This document shows, piece after piece, positions 49,594-54,724 of a stretch of DNA of 54,724 nucleotides. How positions within the stretch are numbered: the stretch's first letter is position 1; each line of letters opens with the position of its first letter. The position numbers were made by a program, and so were the translations under genes. This DNA comes from Lama guanicoe. Its lineage: Eukaryota. The stretch covers positions 434,001-488,724 of the forward strand of contig MU053448.1 in NCBI GenBank assembly GCA_013239625.1, read 5' to 3'. Below the pieces are notes generated by a model. It was given only the letters and a program-made list of their open reading frames with translations. It ran no database searches and was not told the DNA's origin.

Positions 49594-49851
49594 GTGAGTA
49601 ATTGCCTCAGGCTGGAGCCTGGCTTAGGTTTTCATTCAACAAATGTGTGAGCGTCTCAGAAAGTCCAAGACCTGGCAGCGGAGGGCATAGCAGCCAGCAG
49701 GGAGGCCTCTGTGGCTGGGGAGAGGACAGAGGAGCAGCAGATGAGCAAGGAGGGGCCAGCGCCACAGAATGAAAGGGGGCTTGTCCGCAGTGACGTGGGA
49801 CAGAGACCTGTGCTTCTCGGTCATCCCCCTTTTGGACACCTTTGCAGCCTA

Positions 49852-49986
49852 TTTTTGCTTTTCTGAGGGAAGGGGAGAGGGAGGTAATTAGGTTTATTTA
49901 TTTATTTTATTTAATGGAGACACTGGGATTGAACCCAGGACCTTGTGCATGTTAAGCACACACTCTACCACTGAGCTATACCTTCC
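49852..49986 (-). mobile_element. tRNA-derived SINE (vic-1-like), long form
   Basis: gggaggtaattaggtttatttattt...gggattgaacccaggaccttgtgcatgttaagc...ccactgagctatacc. Confidence 0.88.
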
Positions 49987-50936
49987 ACGCCTTTTATAAA
50001 ACATATCATTCTCACTGCCATCTAATTTTAAAAGTTTAGTTATGTTTTTTCAACCTTAAATCCTTCCTTTTCCTACTTTAATTCTTTTGTTCTCGTTGGT
50101 ATAGTTCAGAGAAAATCCCAGAAATCATCTCATTTTACCTGTAAATATGTCAATATGTATCCCATATAGATAAGGATTTTGTTTTTAACATAATTACCTT
50201 AAACAGGTACCTAACGTTCCTGACAAAGTAAACAGTGATTCCTCACTATCATCTCGTAACTAATGCTTGCTCAGATTTTCCCAGTTTTCTCAGAAAATGG
50301 CTTTTTACAGTAATTCCTTTGAATTTAGCTACTAACAAGATCATATACCTTACATTTGAGTGATAGCTCCCTGATGTGTTTTTTAACCTAGCACATTTCC
50401 CCCTCCTTTTTTCCTTTTTATCCCATTCATTTGTGCTAAAACTACGTTGGCCCACGGTCTTCCTCCCTCTCCTCGGCGTCTTCTGTACAGTCGGAGTGAG
50501 GGCTGCAGGGTGTTAGGGCTCAGGCTGCCCCTTAGTAGGAATGTATCATAGGGACCAGCACACAGCGTCACTGGTCGTCGCTGTCTGTTCTCTGTTAATG
50601 TTGTTCTTGTCGCCTTCTAGACCTGTTACAAACTTTGTCATCCCTCCCAGATTTATTAGCTGGAGTTGTGTTCTTTAAAGAAGACTTTCTTATGAACTCT
50701 GGTCACTATAATACAGTTCATATAGGAAAGGCAGAATAGATGGCTGTTTTTTGTTTGCTTGCTTGCTTGCTTGCGTTATCAATTTTCAGAATGATGAATT
50801 GGTGCCCTTGTACTTATAAAGGTGACGTAGAACCTTTGTTTTGTGTATTATCATTATGAGGAATTAATTGGCCATTATGGACTTGATGTATTTTAGCCAT
50901 TTTTCCTCTTGGTCATGCTACAGGAACCCACTGATC

Positions 50937-53105
50937 TTTTTTTTTTCTTTTTTAATTGAAGTATAGTCAGTTTACAATGCTGTGCATTGGTGTACAGCAC
51001 AATGCTTCAGTCATCCATGTACTTGCATATATTCCTTTTCATATTCTTTTCCTTCATAGGTTACTACAATATATTGAATATAGTTCCCTGAGCTATACAG
51101 TAGGACCTTGTTTATCTATTTTATGTATATTAGTTAGTATCTGGAAACCTTGACTCCCAGTTTATCCATCCCACCCCCTCTTGCTCCTCTGGTAACCAAT
51201 AAGTTTGTTTTCTATGTTTGTTGAGTCTGTTTTGAAAATAAGTTCATTAGTGTCTTTTTTTTTTTTTCAAGATTCCACATATAAGTTGTATATGATCTTT
51301 TTCTTTCTCTTCTGGCTTCTCTTAGTATGACCTACTCCAGATCCATCCATGTTGCTGCAAATGGCATTATTTTATTCTTTTTATGGCTGAGTAGTATTCC
51401 ATCATATAAATATACTACAACTTCTTTATCCAGTTATCTGTCGATGGACATGTAGGTTGTTTCCATGTCTTGCTATTGTAAATAGTGCTGCTGTGAACAT
51501 TAGGGTGTGTGTCTCTTTTCAAATTAGAGCTTTCTCCATATACATGCCCAGGATTGGGATTGCTGGATCATAGGGTAAGTCTATTTTTAGTTTTTTGAAG
51601 AATCTCCATACTGTTTTCCACAGTAGCTGCACCAAACTACATTCCCACCAGCAGTGTAGGAGGGTTCCCTTTTCTCCACAGCCTCTCCAGCATTTATTGT
51701 TTGTGGACTTTTTAACAATGGCCATTCTGACTGGTATGAGGTGATACCTTATTGTAGTTTTTTTTTTAAACTTTTTATGTTGTTGAGTTATAGTCAGTTT
51801 ACAATGTTGTGTCAATTTCCAGTGTAGAGCATAATTTTTCAGTTATACATGAACATACATCCATTGTCACATTCTTTTTCACTGTGAGCTACCACAAGAT
51901 CTTGTATATATTTCCTTATTGTAGTTTTGATTTGCATTTCTCTAATAATTAGTGATATTGAGCATTTTTTCACGTGCCTATTGGCTATTTGTATGTCTTC
52001 ATTGGAGAAATGCGTGTTTAGGTCTTCTGCCCATTTTTGGATTGGGTTGTTTGGTTATTTTGTTACTAAGTCATGAGCTGTTCGTATATTTTAGAAATTA
52101 AGCCCTTGTCAGGTGCATGATTTGCAGGAATTTTCTCCCGTTCCATAGGTTGTCTTTTTGTCTTCTTTATAGTTTCCTTTGTGTACAAAAGCTTGTAAGT
52201 TTGATTAGGTTCCATTTGTTTATATTTGCTTTTATTTGTATTGCTTTGGGAGAGTGACGTAGCAAACCGTTGCTACAGTTTACGTCAGACAATGTTTTAC
52301 CTATATTCTCTTCTGGGAGTTTTATGGTGTCATGTCTTATATTTAAGTCTTGAAGCCGTTTTGAGTTTATTTTTGTCTATGGTGTGAGGGAGTGTCTAAC
52401 TTCATTGATTTACATGCTGCTGTCCGGTTTTCCTAACATCACTTGCTGAAGAGACTGTCTTTTCTCCATTGTGTATTCTTGCTTCCTTTGTCGAAGATGA
52501 ATTGACTGTAGGTCTGTTGATTCATTTCTGGGCTCTCTGTTCTGTTCCATTGATCCATGTCTGTTTCTGTACCAATACCATGCTGTTTTGATTGTAGCTC
52601 TGTAGTATTGTCTGAAGTCTGGGAGGGTTGTCCTGCAACTTCGTTCTTTTTCTTCAGTAATGCTTTGGCAATTCTGGGTCTTTTGTGATTCCATATAAAA
52701 TTCAGGATTATTTGTTCTAGTTCTGTGAAAAATGTCCTGGGTAATTTCATAGGGATCACATTAAATCTGTAGATTGCTTTGGGTAGTATGGCCATTTTAA
52801 CAATATTAATTCGTCCAAGCCAAGAGCATGGGATATCTTTCCATATCTTTAAATCATCTTTAATTGCCTTAATCAATGTTTTGTAGTTCTCCGCGTGTAA
52901 GTGTTTCACCTCCTTGGTCAAGTTTATTCCTGTTTTTTTTGTTTTTGTTTTTGATGTGATTTTTAAAGGGATTTTTAAATTTTACTTTCCTTTTCTGGTA
53001 TTTCATTGTTAGTATAAAGAAATGCAACTGATTTCTATATGTTAATCTTGCATCCTGCTACCTTGCCAAATTCATTTATCAGCTCTAGTAGTTTTTGTAT
53101 GGAGC
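50937..53105 (-). mobile_element. Young-type L1, about 2.2 kb (ORF2 C-terminal part plus 3' UTR), frameshifted
   Basis: ORF 52439..52921(-) [31 protein letters not shown] 51519..51815(-) [19 protein letters not shown]; poly-T at about 50937. Confidence 0.92.
51762..51913 (-). mobile_element. Short L1 3' end nested inside the 50937-53105 L1
   Basis: Perfect 15-bp TSD ccttattgtagtttt (51747-51761 / 51914-51928). Confidence 0.88.
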
Positions 53106-53352
53106 CATTAGTTTTTGACTGCTCCCTTGCTTTATGGCACACGTTGACCTAGGTTCAGCTTACATATTTTCTGCCCCAGACATCAAGACAGGCAATTTTC
53201 GAAAGAGCCCTGGTTGTATTTATTGTGAAATGATTTTGAGATCATACTGGGTGCTAGAGGAAATCTTTTCTTAGGAATAGAATAATGCTACTTAAAGTTG
53301 ATCATTCATCTATATACTGAACTGGACTTTTTAAATTTAATTTGAATTTTAG

Positions 53353-53521
53353 GTAGGAATGATGGTTAGATGCTGTCGAACATATGAAGAAGTTTGTGAA
53401 GGAGATGTGGGCAAAGTTATCAAGTTGGATAGAGATGGATTACATGACCTCAATGTGCAGTGTGATTGGCAGCAGAAAGGAGGCACGTACTGGGTTAGGT
53501 ACATTCATGTGGAACTTATAG
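53353..53521 (+). CDS. HERC2: HERC2 exon w33, CPH domain (VGMMVRCCRT...YWVRYIHVELI)
   Basis: ttttag|GTA...ATAG|gtaaga; 169 nt. Confidence 0.95.
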
Positions 53522-53611
53522 GTAAGAACATTCTTCATTTGCCTCTTAATTAGATTTAGAATTCCCAGAAATGAATGCTAACTGTAGTTCATTTTTTATT
53601 GGCATCTCTAG

Positions 53612-53737
53612 GCTATCCTCCACCAAGTTCTCCTTCTCACATCAAGATTGGTGATAAAGTTCGTGTCAAAGCCTCAGTCACAACACCGAAATACAAGTGG
53701 GGGTCTGTGACTCATCAAAGTGTGGGGGTTGTGAAAG
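53612..53737 (+). CDS. HERC2: HERC2 exon w34 (GYPPPSSPSH...QSVGVVK)
   Basis: ctctag|GC...AAAG|gtaatg; 126 nt. Confidence 0.95.
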
Positions 53738-53859
53738 GTAATGTTACCTAGGCAGGAAAGCTCTGAGTGTTGGCTTTTCATCAACTAATGTAAGTAAAGC
53801 AGAGCAAGAAAACAAGTATAAAGCAAACCTTATGATATAAAAATAGTGCCCTTCTGCTT

Positions 53860-54290
53860 GTCAGTGCCCTCAAGACCAGGAGCACAACTGCTGTTGGACA
53901 GAGTCAGGTGTATTAACTCCCTGCAGCCTGGGAGAATGCATACCGTGGAGAATGTGTGGCAAAGTCTGATGGGTTTGCATTGGGTATTTTGGGGCGAGTT
54001 CAAGGAATTGAGGTAATTCTAAGAATGGCTGTGTTAATAAACATTACCTAGAAGGCAGAAATACTGGAGTCAGGATGAGGTCATGCCTGGCAGGGAAGCA
54101 GTCATTCTTACCAGCCAGGAGGAGACTGTGGTTGGGATTCAGTTGGATGTGGCTGGACGTGTTAGAGTGGTTTTGTTTTTAATCTCGATCTGTGACAGTC
54201 TCAGGCTGCCCTTGTTTCATGTTGGGGTTCTTGTTCCATCAGTCCTTCTGCCAAATGGCCAGCTCCCTCAGTGTTTTTCTCTCTTTTTAT
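53860..54290. mobile_element. ERVL-class LTR (MER76-like)
   Basis: caagaccaggagcacaactgctgttgga...tattaactc...gggagaatgcataccgtggag. Confidence 0.5.
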
Positions 54291-54724
54291 TAAATCTGTA
54301 TAAAAATGTAGGACTGAATTTAAGAAATGGAAATGTGGAAATGATGGGTGTTAAGACCTGGAAACACAAAATTCTCCTCAGTTTATATTTAATGTGATAC
54401 TGTTGAGATTTCAAGTCACATGGCATACTATGTCCATTTTGACAGGTGCATGAAAAATAATTAAATATATGTGTAGTTTTATTTTGTCTTTGAACTCTTT
54501 CAGTGCCATTTTTCTTTGTTTTGTTTCAGCCTTGTGGAGAGCCATCTTTCTGTCAAATAGCTTAGATTAGAAATGGCAATGGTGGTGCTTCCCCAGTGGG
54601 CAGGAATGTTAGCGTTTCTTAAGTTACTTAAGAACAAATGGCTTATTTAACATTTTACTTTGGTTTGGCATTTTTCTTCACTTAAGAGATTCTTAAAAGC
54701 TTTACAAATCAAAACAAAGATAAA

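Larger units (their letters stand above)
772..53737 (+). other. HERC2: HERC2 gene, internal multi-exon segment (34 coding exons; 5' and 3' parts outside window)
   Basis: Spliced exon translations match recalled HERC2 protein from SFAWSSCSEWSIGLRVPF to KYKWGSVTHQSVGVVK; all introns GT-AG; phases consistent; 5695 coding nt. Confidence 0.98.

Noticed and set aside
52439..52921. Functional reverse transcriptase or active L1
   Set aside because: The element is 5'-truncated, frameshifted and interrupted by a nested insertion.
772..53737. HERC2 pseudogene or duplicon (HERC2P-like)
   Set aside because: All 34 exons keep frame with canonical splice sites, and I saw no in-frame stops. The known HERC2 pseudogene duplicons are primate, and no Alu is present here.
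772..53737. Minor (U12) or GC-AG introns
   Set aside because: All donors are GT and none shows the RTATCCTT U12 consensus.
54490..54570. Next HERC2 exon (expected AFSANGKD...) near ctttcagtgcc or after ttgtttcag
   Set aside because: Similarity ends after about 12 nt and the downstream translation does not match HERC2; the next exon lies beyond the window.
1..54724. OCA2 pigmentation enhancer located within HERC2
   Set aside because: In human it lies in intron 86, far 3' of the exons here, so it is outside this window.

Overview
Mammalian genomic DNA containing an internal segment of HERC2, the giant HECT E3 ubiquitin ligase gene, on the + strand. I traced 34 consecutive GT-AG coding exons from 772 to 53737. 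They total 5695 nt (about 1898 codons), and exon phases are consistent throughout, so this looks like the functional gene rather than a HERC2 pseudogene. From recall of the human protein, the segment covers roughly residues 773-2670 (about human exons 17-50): the end of RLD1, the cytochrome b5-like domain, MIB-HERC2, a UBA-like domain and the CPH domain. No start or stop codon lies in the window. The introns are rich in transposon remnants: old L1M, L2, MIR, hAT-Charlie MERs, MaLR/ERVL LTRs, younger L1 3' fragments with target-site duplications (TSDs), an ERV1-type solo LTR and 11 copies of a tRNA-Ala-derived SINE. That SINE resembles the camelid vic-1 family, which suggests an alpaca, llama or camel source (inference). 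I found no convincing new biological system. The most notable local features are a SINE TSD that duplicated a HERC2 5' splice site, inverted SINE pairs bracketing exon blocks, a NAGNAG acceptor, a perfect 46-bp tandem duplication and a solo LTR with repeated GAATATTCAT motifs. Repeat family names come from recalled consensus sequences, and repeat boundaries are approximate unless a TSD is quoted.
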